Shown: positions 49,413 to 60,470, counted from the stretch's first letter. The stretch: DNA of 64,000 bases from an uncultured Planctomycetota bacterium (GCA_963737655.1 CAVTTN010000002.1:4672001-4736000), one strand, 5' to 3'. Notes: generated from the sequence alone by a model not told the origin. Numbers and translations are program-made.

Positions 49413-50208
49413 ATGTCGCCGAAGGATTTCCAGCAGAGGTACAAGGAGCTCGCCCCGGACCTGACCTCGGTCACGGGCCTGCACGTGGACAAATATGCCA
49501 TGTACAAGGACTCCGATACCGACATGCACAACAAGATCGACGCCGTGAAGTCGGCCGCGATCGCCTTCAACCACGAGTTCCAGACCTCGGGGCCGTCGTC
49601 GAAGGGGTACGCGGTGGGCGTGAGCGACCGGGCGTTCGCCTTCGCCAAGATCAGCCGGGCCTCGCCCGCCCAGCTCGAGAGCATCCTGACCGCCGGGGTC
49701 GTCTCCGGCCACCTGAAGGACGACTCCACGGCCCTCCAGAGCTTCGTGGACGACTGCTTCCGCACCGACTGCGTGGGGTTCGTGGAGCTCGTACTTCCGA
49801 ACTGAGAGGGGCGAGGACTTCTTCTCGGTGGACAACGTGGCCAACCACGGCTGCGGCCCGTTCTTCGACAAGGCGAAGTCGAATGGCCAGTTCATCTGGG
49901 ACCCGGCGGACATCCGGCAGAGGGACGTGATCCTCTGGATGCTGGAGGACCGCTCGGAGACGAGGAAGCCGGTCGGGCACATCTCCCTGATCGACAACGT
50001 CGTGGCCCCGGGCGAGGCGGGCGGGGCGTTCACGCTCAACTGCGCCGAGTCCAACGGCTCCACGGGCGCGGACCCCAGGCTGACCGCCCGGGAACTCAAG
50101 GCGAGCAAGGCCGCCGACGGCTCGTCCTCCTACGTCCAGGGGGCGGCCGGCAAGCGGTATCTCCTCCTCGGAGACGACTCGAAGGTCATCATCATCCGCA
50201 TGAATTAG
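49413..50208 (+). CDS. Hypothetical protein, probably one gene with a frameshift near 49805-49815
   Basis: Two abutting ORFs (49413-49805, 49828-50208) with similar GC3-rich codon usage. Confidence 0.5.
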
Positions 50209-50333
50209 AGCCGTTCACGATCGGATGGCGCACGACGGGTCCGGTAGGGCAGGCCGAGGCCTGCCGTCTGCGCGGGTCTCGGCAGGCCAGGGCCTGCCCT
50301 ACGGGGGGCGCCATCCGACCGAGGAACGCTCTA
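50206..50333. repeat. 128-bp TA-ended MITE-like palindrome containing a REP family C doublet
   Basis: 26-nt imperfect terminal IRs TAGAGCCGTTCACGATCGGATGGCGC / GCGCCATCCGACCGAGGAACGCTCTA; inner GTAGGGCAGGCCGAGGCCTGCC (50244-50265) and an inverted copy (50281-50302). Confidence 0.7.
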
Positions 50334-51698
50334 TCGGGCCGCCTTGAGGCCGAGCGCGATGTCCTCGGAGAATTTCGGGGCCTCCAGCGTGACGTCGTTT
50401 CCGCCCTCGATCGTCCCGGACGGCCCGGCGTGGCCGGTCTTCGGGTCGAGCCATTCGAAGCGGTATTTTCCCGGCGGCAGGGCGAGGGTGATCGTCGCGG
50501 CGGGGCCGCCCCTCAGGTAGACGGCGTATTGCCCCCCCTTCTTCGAGAGGACGCGGGCGGACGCCCCCTTCACTCGCTTCGCGGCCTCGACGTCGGGGGC
50601 CATGTGGAGGAAGTCGAACCCTTCGAGGAACGTCTTGAGCGTGGCGAGCTGCGAGCGGAGGGCCGGGCCCCCGCCTCCGGGCGTGGGGTCCTTGACCGGC
50701 TCGGTCCCATCCTCGTGGGCCGTGGTGAACGAGTAGTCGAGATTGTCATAGGTCGAACCTCCGGCGAGGAGGAATTCCCAGGCCTCGACGCGATAGGGGA
50801 GGTCGGCCGTCCCGCGGAAGCCGGTCTCGTCGTCGCCGATCGCGGCCCGGATGTTGGCGTTCATCGCGATCGTGTCGGGCGGCGTGGCGTAGTGGAAATT
50901 GAACAGGCCGACGTCCGGGTGCGCCGGCTCGACCTTCGCCTTGCCGTTGGCGACGTTCTGGGCGATCAGGTGCTTCCCGGGCCGGTCGCGCTCGGCCTCG
51001 ACGATCGCCTCGGCCACTCGTTTCTGCCAGGGGATCGTCACCCCGCCGAAATAGGGCTCGTTGCAGATCTCGAACACCAGGTTGTCGAATCCGGCCAGCT
51101 CCTTGACGGCCCGGTCCACGAACGCGAGCTGCTTGCCGAGCAAATCGGGATGCTTGAGCGTGTAGACCTCTTCCCTCGGGCAGTTGCCGACGCCATTCGC
51201 ATTGTTCCTGGCGTTCATGGGATTGACGGCCCAGAGGGAGTCGTCGTACAGGGGGCAGAACAGCGTGTACTCGACGACGATCCCGCGGTCCCCGGCGTCG
51301 GCGACGAACGCCTTGAGGCGGCGGAAATAGGCGTCGTCATATTTGTCCAAATCGAACCGTTCCGGCTTGCCCGGCTCGCCGACGATCGCCCACGGGCAGG
51401 CGAACCGGCCTGGCCTGGGGGCGAGGGTGTTGTCCTTGATGGAGAACGAGCCGGGGACCTCGCGATACGTGCCCGAGAACGTCCGGGTGAAGTTGAAGCC
51501 GCGTCGGTTCAGCTCGTCGAGGTAGGGTTTCGGGTCGAAATCGAGGTTCAGGACGGCCCCGTAATGCTCGCCGGAGGTCAGGAGGAAGGCGGGCTTGTCG
51601 CGGAAGAGGAAATAGCGGGGGTTCTCGGGATGGAGGCGGATCGGCCCGGCCGGGCCGGGGAGGGCGACGGCCCATGCCAGGGATAAGGCGGCGATCAT
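50331..51698 (-). CDS. Secreted glycoside-hydrolase-like TIM-barrel protein
   Basis: Signal peptide, LHPENPRYFLF, FEICNEP, GDDETGF. Confidence 0.65.
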   Translation of the reverse strand: MIAALSLAWAVALPGPAGPIRLHPENPRYFLFRDKPAFLLTSGEHYGAVLNLDFDPKPYLDELNRRGFNFTRTFSGTYREVPGSFSIKDNTLAPRPGRFACPWAIVGEPGKPERFDLDKYDDAYFRRLKAFVADAGDRGIVVEYTLFCPLYDDSLWAVNPMNARNNANGVGNCPREEVYTLKHPDLLGKQLAFVDRAVKELAGFDNLVFEICNEPYFGGVTIPWQKRVAEAIVEAERDRPGKHLIAQNVANGKAKVEPAHPDVGLFNFHYATPPDTIAMNANIRAAIGDDETGFRGTADLPYRVEAWEFLLAGGSTYDNLDYSFTTAHEDGTEPVKDPTPGGGGPALRSQLATLKTFLEGFDFLHMAPDVEAAKRVKGASARVLSKKGGQYAVYLRGGPAATITLALPPGKYRFEWLDPKTGHAGPSGTIEGGNDVTLEAPKFSEDIALGLKAAR

Positions 51699-51750
51699 GG
51701 GAGAGGGTCCTCGGGTTCTCGGGATTCCGGGGCGAGCTTCGCGCGGAGGC

Positions 51751-52280
51751 TCAGCCGGCGTTCGGCCCCTCGGCCGGGCGCAGAGGGCTTCGGCCTCCCG
51801 ACGGCGCTGGAGGTCCCGGTAGAAGCCGATCTCCAGGCGGTTGCTGCGGAGGGCGGCGTGGGCCTCGCGGACGAGGTTCACGCTGGCCCCCAGGAGCAGG
51901 GCCACGCCGGCCATCGAGAGGCTCGTGGGGACGAATTCCAGGCGGTTGCCCACCAGGATGTCCAGGGCGACGGTCAGGCTCGCGCCGACGAACGCGGCGA
52001 AGGCCAGGTAGAGCATGGTCAGGGCCAGGCGGACTCGGTCGCTCCGCCACTGGAGGCGGTCGAGCTGGTCCGAGGCGTGGGCGATCCGCGAATGGACGTA
52101 ATCCACGCCGAGGGCCCCTCGGCAGAGGGCGTCCCCCTGGTCGTTCAGGACGCGGATTCGGTCCACGATCCGGGACATGCGATTGGATGTGGAGATGATC
52201 AAGGAGCCATTGGCCGAAAGGAAGATGGCCGGGGTGATCATGGCCGAGAGCGTGCTATAATTCACGGCGGAATCCGTCAT
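51751..52280 (-). CDS. DUF2721 membrane protein (3' end uncertain)
   Basis: LSAMITPAIFLSA...STSNRMSRIVDRIR. Confidence 0.75.
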
Positions 52281-52391
52281 GGGAGAGTCCTCGGGGCCGA
52301 CCCGGCTTCCCGGGCGGAAATCCGGAGATAGGACGATAGCCGCCCCGGCCTCCCTCCGCTAGAATGGTCCCCGACGCGCGGACGATCGCCG

Positions 52392-53912
52392 ATGAGAGAG
52401 GCCCGCCCGCGCGACCCGCCCCCGCCGACGCCGCATCGCGGTCTACACCATCGACCGAGCGAGACGACACCCCATGCGACCCAGGGCGAAACGCGCCTTC
52501 CCGCGCCCCGTCTCGAAGCGCTGGAGACGCGCCGGATGCTGAGCGGGGGCGCCGCCGGCCCCGCCCCGTCGGCGGTCCAGGCCGTGCCCCCGGACCCCTC
52601 GACGGGCGTCCTGGTCGGGTTCCTGTCCGGGACGTCGTCGCTGGTGGAGCAAAAGCTCCTCAACTCGGTTCATGCTCAGTGGATCACGTCGTATCCCGGG
52701 GGCCCGAGCCTGGCCGAGGCCGCCTCGACGGCCGCCCGGGACGCCGCGATCGCCGAGCTATCGCGCGCGCCGGCCGTCCGGTACGCCGAGCCCGACTCGA
52801 CGATCCACGTCGATGCCACGATCCCCGACGACCCGGCCTTCTCCAAGCAATGGGGCCTGGACAACCCCAACGACGTGGACATCGACGCCCCCCAGGCCTG
52901 GGACACCACCACCGGCAGCGCCTCGACGATCGTCGCCGTGATCGACAGCGGGATCGACACGTCCCATCCCGAGTTCGCCGGGAGGATCTGGACCAATCCC
53001 AGCCCCGACACCTCCGGGCCCTACGCCGGGGACGTCAACGGCTGGAACTTCCTGGACAACAACGCCGACATCACCGACGACAACGGCCACGGCAGCCACG
53101 TCTCGGGCATCATCGCCGCCTCCGGGAACGACGGCATCGGCGTGGCCGGGATCGACTGGCACGCCCGGATCATGCCCTTGAAGTTCATCGGCGCCGACGG
53201 CAACGGCTCGGTCGACGACGCGGTCCGGGCGATCTATTTCGCCGTCGATCACGGGGCCCGGGTGATCAACGCGAGCTGGGGCGGCAACGACCACGTCCAG
53301 GCCCTGACCGACGCGATCTCCTACGCCAACTCCCACAACGTCGTCTTCGTGACCGCCTCGGGCAACGACGGCACCAACAACGCGAACAACCGCAGCTACC
53401 CGGCCGACGACCGCCTGCCGAACCTCCTGTCGGTCGCGGCGATCGACCAGAACGGGGCGCTCGCGTCGTTCTCGAACTTCGGGGCGACGACGGTGGACCT
53501 GGCGGCCCCCGGCGTGAACATCCGCAGCACCGTCCCGGGCGGCTATGCGACGTATTCCGGGACGTCGATGGCCGCGCCCTTCGTCACCGGGGTCGTCTCC
53601 CTGCTGGTCGGCCTCCATCCCGAAGACTCGGCGTCGCAGCTCGTCCAGCGGATCCTGGCGACGGTCAAGCCCCTGCCCGGCCTCCAGAAGAAGGTGATCT
53701 CCGGCGGGATCGTCGATGCCGCCAACGCGGTGTCGGACGCCTATTACGAGGCCCATCAGGGCTTGCTCGCGCCCAAGGCGGGCAAGCTGAAGCTCCACCG
53801 GGCGAAGGTGGTGAAGATCCACCACGTCTCGCCCGCAACCAGGCCGCACGCGACCAAGGCCACGGCCCACTCCAGGGCCGAGGCGATCCCGGTTCGCCTC
53901 GCGATCGGCTGA
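52392..53912 (+). CDS. S8 subtilisin-family serine peptidase (start uncertain; possibly ATG 52474 with an indel near 52500)
   Basis: VIDSG, HGSHVSG, GTSMA triad; N-terminal LEALETRRML (LEPR-XLL-like). Confidence 0.9.
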   Translation: MREARPRDPPPPTPHRGLHHRPSETTPHATQGETRLPAPRLEALETRRMLSGGAAGPAPSAVQAVPPDPSTGVLVGFLSGTSSLVEQKLLNSVHAQWITSYPGGPSLAEAASTAARDAAIAELSRAPAVRYAEPDSTIHVDATIPDDPAFSKQWGLDNPNDVDIDAPQAWDTTTGSASTIVAVIDSGIDTSHPEFAGRIWTNPSPDTSGPYAGDVNGWNFLDNNADITDDNGHGSHVSGIIAASGNDGIGVAGIDWHARIMPLKFIGADGNGSVDDAVRAIYFAVDHGARVINASWGGNDHVQALTDAISYANSHNVVFVTASGNDGTNNANNRSYPADDRLPNLLSVAAIDQNGALASFSNFGATTVDLAAPGVNIRSTVPGGYATYSGTSMAAPFVTGVVSLLVGLHPEDSASQLVQRILATVKPLPGLQKKVISGGIVDAANAVSDAYYEAHQGLLAPKAGKLKLHRAKVVKIHHVSPATRPHATKATAHSRAEAIPVRLAIG

Positions 53913-54033
53913 ACGCGAACGCCACCCGCTTCGCCTCGCCGCCAGGGGTCCGGCATGGCGGTTGCAAGCCCGATCGCGCCTTCGAGGGACGTCCTGGGAC
54001 GGTCCATCGAGCGACACCGGGAGAGGCGCGATC

Positions 54034-54801
54034 ATGGCCAGCGTCGAGGCGATCAGGACGACGGAGACGGGCCGGGGGAACATCGGCCATGTCGGGTCGG
54101 AGCCGATTAACGTGGGGGAAGCCGAGCGGCTGGCGTCGCAGGTCGGCGGAGGCGTGCTCGTCGGGGTGGGTTTGCTCCGCGGAGGGATCGGCGGGCTGAT
54201 CCTGGCCGGGCTCGGCGGCGCCCTGTTCTATCGAGGGAAGACCGGCCATTGCCACCTCTATGAAGCCCTCGGCGCCGATACGTCGGACGAGCGGGGGACC
54301 ATGGACAGCGTGCCGGCCGGCGCGGGGGTCCGCGTCGAGGAAGCGATCACCATCGACCGCCCGGCGATGGACATCTACCACTTCTGGCGAGACTACGCCA
54401 ACCTGCCCCGATTCATGGGCGACATCGAGTCCGTGACCGGCTCGGGATCGCATTCCCACTGGGTCGCCAAGGAGCCCCTGGGGGTCTCGCTGGAGTGGGA
54501 CGCGGAGATCCACAACGACGTCCCGGGCGAGCTCATCGCCTGGCGTTCTACCGGCGGGCAGGTGGAGACCGCCGGCTCGGTCCACTTCGCCCCGGCCCCG
54601 GGAGGGCGAGGGACGGAGGTCCGCGTGAACCAGAAGTTCAACCCGCCGGGAGGCCGGCTCGCCGTGGCCGCGGCCCGGCTCCTGGGGCACGACCCGGCCT
54701 CGCTGACCCGGGCCAACCTGAGACGGCTGAAGGCCCTGATGGAAGCCGGCGAGATCGCCACCGTGACAGGGCAGACGCGGGGCAACCTCTCGCGAGGATG
54801 A
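54034..54801 (+). CDS. SRPBCC/cyclase family protein with YgaP-like N-terminus
   Basis: NVGEAER...[38 protein letters not shown]. Confidence 0.85.
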   Translation: MASVEAIRTTETGRGNIGHVGSEPINVGEAERLASQVGGGVLVGVGLLRGGIGGLILAGLGGALFYRGKTGHCHLYEALGADTSDERGTMDSVPAGAGVRVEEAITIDRPAMDIYHFWRDYANLPRFMGDIESVTGSGSHSHWVAKEPLGVSLEWDAEIHNDVPGELIAWRSTGGQVETAGSVHFAPAPGGRGTEVRVNQKFNPPGGRLAVAAARLLGHDPASLTRANLRRLKALMEAGEIATVTGQTRGNLSRG

Positions 54802-54868
54802 ACCGCCGAGACGCCCCGCGATGATCCGTGTTCCCCGGCCTTCCCCACCTTTTCGGAGCCTCCCCTCC

Positions 54869-56038
54869 ATGAGAGCCCTGTGCTGGTACGGCAAGCATGA
54901 CGTGAGGGTCGAATCCGTGCCCGACCCGAAGCTCCTGAACCCTCGGGACGCCATCGTCAGGGTCACCGCCACGGCGATCTGCGGGTCGGATCTGCACCTT
55001 TATGACGGCTACATCCCCACGATGGAAAAAGGGGACATCCTCGGCCACGAGTTCATGGGCGAGGTGGTCGAGGTCGGCCGCGAGGTGGCCAACCTCAAGG
55101 TCGGCGACCGCGTGGTGGTGCCGTTCCCGATCTCGTGCGGCCGGTGCTTCTTCTGCAAGAAGGGGCTCACGTCGCTCTGCGACAACTCGAACCCCAACGC
55201 CGGGATGGCCGAGATGATGTACGGCTACTCGTCGGCCGGGATCTTCGGCTACTCGCACCTGTTCGGCGGCTATTCGGGCGGGCAGGCGGAGTACGTCCGC
55301 GTCCCCTATGCCGACTTCGGCCCCTTCAAGGTCCCCGACGGGATGGAGGACGAACAGGTCCTGTTCCTCACCGACATCCTCCCCACCGCGTTCATGGCCG
55401 TGGACAACTGCAACATCCAGCCCGGAGACATCGTGGCGATTTGGGGGGCCGGGCCCGTGGGGATGCTCGCCGCCCATTGCGCGTTCGTCCTGGGCGCCGA
55501 GCGGGTGGTCTCGATCGACCACTATCCCCACCGATTGCGGCACGTCCGCGAGAAGACCGGCGCCGAGGTCATCAACTTCGACGAGCAGGACGTGTACGAG
55601 ACGCTCCGCGACCTGACCGGGGGCCGGGGGCCCGACGCCTGCGTCGATTGCGTGGGCCTGGAGGCCCACGGCCACGGCCTGGGCGCGATCTACGACTACG
55701 CCAAGGCCAAGATGTTCCTGGCCACCGACCGCCCCAACGCCCTCCGCCAGGCGATCAACTCCTGTCGCAAGGGCGGGACGGTCTCCGTCCCGGGCGTCTA
55801 CGGCGGACTCCTCGACAAGTTCCCCTTCGGCGCCGCGTTCTCCAAGGCCCTGACGTTCCGGATGGGCCAGACCCACGTCCACAGCTACCTGCCCAGGCTG
55901 ACCGAGCTGATCGCCAAGGGGGACATCGATCCCAGGTTCATCATCACCCACCGGATGAACCTGGACGACGCCCCGGGCGGCTACCGCGAGTTCCACGACG
56001 CCCAGGACTCCTGCTTCAAGATCGTCCTGAAGCCGTGA
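54869..56038 (+). CDS. Zinc-dependent alcohol/formaldehyde dehydrogenase-like protein
   Basis: ICGSDLH, GHEFMG, CGRCFFC...C, GAGPVG. Confidence 0.92.
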   Translation: MRALCWYGKHDVRVESVPDPKLLNPRDAIVRVTATAICGSDLHLYDGYIPTMEKGDILGHEFMGEVVEVGREVANLKVGDRVVVPFPISCGRCFFCKKGLTSLCDNSNPNAGMAEMMYGYSSAGIFGYSHLFGGYSGGQAEYVRVPYADFGPFKVPDGMEDEQVLFLTDILPTAFMAVDNCNIQPGDIVAIWGAGPVGMLAAHCAFVLGAERVVSIDHYPHRLRHVREKTGAEVINFDEQDVYETLRDLTGGRGPDACVDCVGLEAHGHGLGAIYDYAKAKMFLATDRPNALRQAINSCRKGGTVSVPGVYGGLLDKFPFGAAFSKALTFRMGQTHVHSYLPRLTELIAKGDIDPRFIITHRMNLDDAPGGYREFHDAQDSCFKIVLKP

Positions 56039-56060
56039 CGTTCGGCGCATCGTGTGCTCC

Positions 56061-56175
56061 GTAGGGGGGATGAAGTCCACCGCCGCGTAGGGCGGGTGAA
56101 ACCCGCCAACCGGCGGAGGCCGACAGGCCGCCGACCGACCCAAGCACGCGGCGAGGTGGGTTTCACCCGCCCTGA
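56061..56175. repeat. REP family D cluster
   Basis: GTAGGGCGGGTGAAACCCGCC (56087-56107), inverted copy 56155-56175, degenerate copy 56061-56081. Confidence 0.75.
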
Positions 56176-56188
56176 TGGAGGCGCAATC

Positions 56189-56407
56189 ATGTCCGAGAAG
56201 ATCGAGCCGATCCGGCACAAGCTGACCGAGGCGATCCCCGATCCGAAGGACCACCCCGCGAACCCCATCGACTCGGGCGGCCCCCCGCCTCCGGTCGATC
56301 CGGCGATCGACGTGAAGCTGCACAACGCCGAGGTCCATCCCTCGAGGAAAGAGCACATGGTCGACATCGGCCGAGGCGAGCAGACCAAGGGCCGGGGGCC
56401 GTCCTGA
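56189..56407 (+). CDS. Small hypothetical protein
   Basis: GGAGG RBS before ATG; 72 aa. Confidence 0.5.
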   Translation: MSEKIEPIRHKLTEAIPDPKDHPANPIDSGGPPPPVDPAIDVKLHNAEVHPSRKEHMVDIGRGEQTKGRGPS

Positions 56408-56463
56408 TCAATCGTCCCCGACCGACGTTCCCCGACCCGAACCCTTTTCGGAGAGACCGCATC

Positions 56464-57338
56464 ATGGCCCAGGGCGTCCAGCACGAGCCGTCCCCGCCGT
56501 TCCCGGCGCAACATCAGGACAAGCCGGGACTGGACTCGGCGATGTCCCCCAAACCGAAGCACACCGCCCCGCATTACAAGGGGGCCGACAAGCTCAAGGA
56601 CAAGGTCGCGTTGATCACCGGGGGCGACTCGGGGATCGGCGCCTCGGTGTCGATCCTCTTCGCCCGCGAGGGCGCGGACGTCGCCATCGTCTACACCCCT
56701 CCGGAGCAGTCCGACGCCGAGCACGTCAAGCGACACGTCGAAAAAGAGGGCGCAAGTGTCTCTTGATCCCCGGCGACGTGAAAAGCTCCTCCTTCTGCAA
56801 GGATGCCGTGGAGAAAACCGTGAAGGAATACGGCAAGCTCGACATCCTGGTGAACAACGCCGCCGTGATGAGCCAGAGGCAATCGATCGACGAGGTCACC
56901 GACGAGGCCCTCGACGAGACGTTCCGCACGAACATTTTCGGCTATTTTTACATGGCCCGCGCCGCGTTGAAGCACATGAAGGAAGGCGCCACGATCATCA
57001 ACACCGGGTCGGTGGCGGGCCTGGAGGGCCCGGCGAAGCTCCTGGACTACTCGGCCACGAAGGGGGCGATCCACACCTTCACCAAGGCCCTCGCCGGCAG
57101 CCTGATCGACCGCAAGATCCGGGTCAACTGCGTGGCCCCGGGGCCGATCTGGACGCCCCTGAACGCCTCGGACCGCACCCCCGAGGACATGGCCCAGTAC
57201 GGCGGGAAAGTCCCGATGGGCCGGCCCGGCCAGCCCGAGGAGCTCGCCCCGGCCTACGTCTTCTTCGCCAGCGAGGCCGATAGCAGCTACATCAGCGGAG
57301 AGGTGCTGTCGGTCTACGGAGGCAAGACGACGGCGTGA
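56464..57338 (+). CDS. SDR oxidoreductase (YhdF/YghA-like); apparent frameshift near 56755
   Basis: ITGGDSGIG in one frame; LVNNA, YSATK and VAPGPIWTP in the next. Confidence 0.85.
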
Positions 57339-57386
57339 GCCGGGTGGCCCGGCTCCGTGGAAAACCCCTTCGAAGGATCGAGAGGA

Positions 57387-57453
57387 GTCGGTCCGGCTTC
57401 AGTCGGGCCTACAAGAATCCTTTTTTCGTAGGCCCGACTGTAGTCGGACCGAC
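57387..57453. repeat. REP family A doublet (degenerate)
   Basis: GTCGGTCCGGCTTCAGTCGGGCCTAC and GTAGGCCCGACTGTAGTCGGACCGAC; same family as 17120. Confidence 0.75.
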
Positions 57454-57534
57454 TCGTTTCCTCACTCTCGATGGGGTTTTCTACAGGGCACGGGCCACCC
57501 TCATTGCGTCCGAGCCCGGCCTCTGCGGTCAGGT

Positions 57535-58181
57535 TCACGACGAGCCTTCGGCCCCTCCCCGACGTTTCTTCCGGGACCGCTTCGGCCAGCGGTCGGCCGC
57601 TCCGAAGAGGAGGGCCATCGGCAGCTCGAATCCCGGCAAGAGCGGCGTCCGATAGACCCCGTCGGCCGGGATCACGAGTCCGGCCAGGTCTGGCCGGAAG
57701 ACGGTCATCGTCCTGGCGAAGCGGTCGATGATCCAGTATTCGAGGATGCCCAAGGCGAGGTACTCCGCCCGTTTCTCCTCGTAGTCTCGCAACCAATCCC
57801 GCTTCGATTTCGACACGAATTCGATCGCGATGGTCGGCAGGTCGAGCTCGAAGTCGGCGCGCGGCCCAGGCCGATCCAGACGAGGCGGTCGGCCCGCCGC
57901 CGGTCCTTCCCGGAATAGACGTACCGCTTGGGCAGGGTCGCATCGATCACCCCGCCCTGGGGATGGTTCCGTTTGTATTCACGGAGGAGGGACCCCAATT
58001 CCTCGTTCGGGTCGCCCTCGGCGACCGAGGGCAGGCGCGACACGACGAGGACTCCCCGGATCAACTCATAGCGCAACCGCGGATCGAACTCGCCGATCGA
58101 GTCGAACTCCTCGGGCGTCATCGAGAGGCCCGCGCAGCCCAGGTCGAGCTTCTTCCGGCGTGTTTTGCGGATCGTGCTCAT
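57535..58181 (-). CDS. Uma2 (DUF820) family endonuclease; apparent frameshift near 57850
   Basis: RYELIRGVL, RRADRLVW, then RDYEEKRAEY...EYWIID, PLLPGFEL. Confidence 0.8.
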
Positions 58182-58210
58182 CGCGAAGACCCTCCCGGTC
58201 CGGTCCCATC

Positions 58211-59124
58211 CTACCTCGCGGGGACGCTCGTGCAGGGGATCTTGCGATCGATCCGCTTGAGGAGGCCGGTCAAGACCCGTCCCGGGCCGATCTCGAAGAA
58301 CTCGGTGAAGCCGTCGGCGATCATGGCTCGCATCGAGTCTTCCCAGCGGACCCCGTGGGTGACCTGCATGGCCAGTTTCTGGCGGATCGCGTCGGGGTCG
58401 GGGTCGTGAGGCCGGGCGTCCACGTTCGAGTAGACGGGGATCGTGGGCGAGACCATCGCCGAGGCGGCCAAAGCCTCGGTCAGCCGGTCGTCGGCCGGCT
58501 TCATCAGGGGAGTGTGGAAGGCTCCGGCGACCGCCAGGGGAATGACCCGCGAGGCGCCCAGCTCCGAGGCGATCGGCCCCGCGTGCTCCAGGGCCGATTT
58601 GTCGCCCGAGACGACGATGTTGCCCGGCCCCAGCAGGTTCGCCTTCCACAACCGCCCGTGAGGCGCGACCTGGTGGCAAAGCTCGTCGATCTTCGCCTCG
58701 TCCAGGCCCAAAATACTGGTCATCCCGCTCGGCGAGGCGACGGCGGCGGCCTGCATCGCCTGGCCGCGTTTCTGGACGACTCGCAGGCCCGCCTCGAACC
58801 CCATCGCCCCGGCGAAGACCAGCGCGGTGTACTCGCCCAGGCTCAGGCCGGCGGCCCCGGCGCAGGAGGCGACGACGTCGGGCCTGGTTTCCTTCAGGTC
58901 TTCCAGGGCGGCCAGGCTCGCCACGAAGATGGCCGGCTGGCTGACGTCGGTGGCCTCCAGGGCCTCCGCCGGGCCGTCGAAGCAGACCTTGCGGAGGTCG
59001 AAGCCGAGGACCTCGGCGGCGTGGTCGAACAGGCTCCGGACGGCCGGGCGGTCCCGGTCGAGCTCTCGGGCCATCCCCACGGCCTGGGCCCCTGGCCGGG
59101 GAAGAGGAACGCGATCTTGGCCAC
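58211..59124 (-). CDS. fabD: Malonyl-CoA:ACP transacylase; apparent frameshift near 59090
   Basis: AFLFPGQG, GLSLGEY, AGAFHT, EIGPG; downstream of plsX. Confidence 0.92.
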
Positions 59125-59170
59125 GGTGAGGAGTCCTTTCGCGATCGATCGGCGGAGACGAGACGCCCGA

Positions 59171-60193
59171 TCACTCGGCCTTCGGGGCGTCGGACAAACC
59201 CTTGAGGATCTCCTCGGCGATGGTGGCCGCCCCCATGATCGCGGCGACCCGGAGCGCGTTCTTGATCGCCCGGGCGTCGCTGGAGCCGTGGCAGATGATG
59301 CACCCGCCCTTGATCCCCAGCAACGGGCCCCCGCCGAACTCCTTGTACTCGTAGCGGGCCTTGATCCCCTTCAGGCCCCCGGCGATCCTCGCGGCGGCCT
59401 CGGGCGGCAAGTCGGGCAGCACTTTGCCCAACTCGATCTTGAGCTGCGAAAACAGGAACTCGACGGCCCCCTCGCCCATCTTGAGCAGGACGTTGCCGGT
59501 GAACCCCTCGCAGACCACCACCCGGGCCTTGCCCTCGTACAGGTCGCGGCCCTCGACGTAGCCGACGAATCGGCCGGCCAGCGGGCTCTTGAGGAACAGG
59601 CTGCGGGCCTCGCGGACCAGGTCGGTCCCCTTCTCTTCCTCGCTGCCGACGTTGAGGATGCCGACCGTCGGCGCGGTCACGCCCAGGACGTGCTCGGCGT
59701 AGACGGCGCCCATCACGCCATACTGGTAGAGGTCCTCGGGCTTCGCGGCCATGTTGGCGCCGACGTCCAGGATGGCCACCGGGCCTTGATGCGAGGGCCA
59801 GACGGCGGCGATCCCCGGCCGGCGGACGCCCGGCAGGAACATCTTGGCGTTGAACAGGGCCGAGGCCACCATCGCGCCGGTGCTCCCGGCCGAGACCACG
59901 GCGTCCACCTCCCCCTGCGCCAGCAGGAGCCACGATCGGGAGATCGAGTTGTCGCGCTTCTTGCGGAGGGCCTCGACGGGCTTCTCGTCCATGCCGATGA
60001 CCTGGCTGGCGTGGACGATCGGCAGGCGGTCGCGGGGGGCGTCGGCGGCCTTGGCCAGCTCGGCCTCGACCTGGGCCTGGTCGCCCACCAGCACCACGGT
60101 CAACGCGGGGTCGGCCCCGACCGCCTCGACCGCCCCGGCGACGATCGGTCCGGGGGCGTCATCGCCGCCCATGGCGTCCAGGGCGATCTTCAT
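59171..60193 (-). CDS. plsX: Phosphate acyltransferase PlsX
   Basis: IALDAMGGD, VSAGSTGA, DVGAN, GFTGNVLLK, HGSS. Confidence 0.95.
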   Translation of the reverse strand: MKIALDAMGGDDAPGPIVAGAVEAVGADPALTVVLVGDQAQVEAELAKAADAPRDRLPIVHASQVIGMDEKPVEALRKKRDNSISRSWLLLAQGEVDAVVSAGSTGAMVASALFNAKMFLPGVRRPGIAAVWPSHQGPVAILDVGANMAAKPEDLYQYGVMGAVYAEHVLGVTAPTVGILNVGSEEEKGTDLVREARSLFLKSPLAGRFVGYVEGRDLYEGKARVVVCEGFTGNVLLKMGEGAVEFLFSQLKIELGKVLPDLPPEAAARIAGGLKGIKARYEYKEFGGGPLLGIKGGCIICHGSSDARAIKNALRVAAIMGAATIAEEILKGLSDAPKAE

Positions 60194-60470
60194 GAAAGAG
60201 ACTCCGAATCGGAAGGGGGACCCATCTCGGAAACCGAGGGCGGAAACGCAGAAAGGACGGGGCGATCCCCCCGTCCTCCTAGCACGGATCGTTCCGGGCC
60301 GGGCCGTATCGTAGGAGATCGCTTCGGGGGCTGTCAAGTTCCTTGACGGGGGCCGTCGCGGTATCCTGGGCCCGCGATTTGCTCGCGTCTTGACCCGACC
60401 GGCGCGACGCCGGATTCGCGCCGCCCTCGCCGACGAGACCGAGCTTCCCCACGATCCAGGAGCCCCAGTC

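Noticed and set aside
50331..52280. DUF2721-glycosidase fusion (649 aa)
   Set aside because: An internal signal peptide starts at 51698 after a low-complexity linker, and an out-of-frame TGA lies at 51751. Two genes joined by an indel is more likely.
25582..59124. Pseudogenes or programmed frameshifting in the AsmA-like, GH2, sigma, SDR, Uma2 and fabD genes
   Set aside because: Too frequent, no slippery heptamers noticed, and a normally essential gene is affected; assembly error is more parsimonious.
11588..60346. Many long antisense or off-frame ORFs (e.g. 11588-14407, 21815-24691, 32161-35028, 57830-60346)
   Set aside because: Shadow ORFs expected in high-GC DNA, overlapping well-supported genes.
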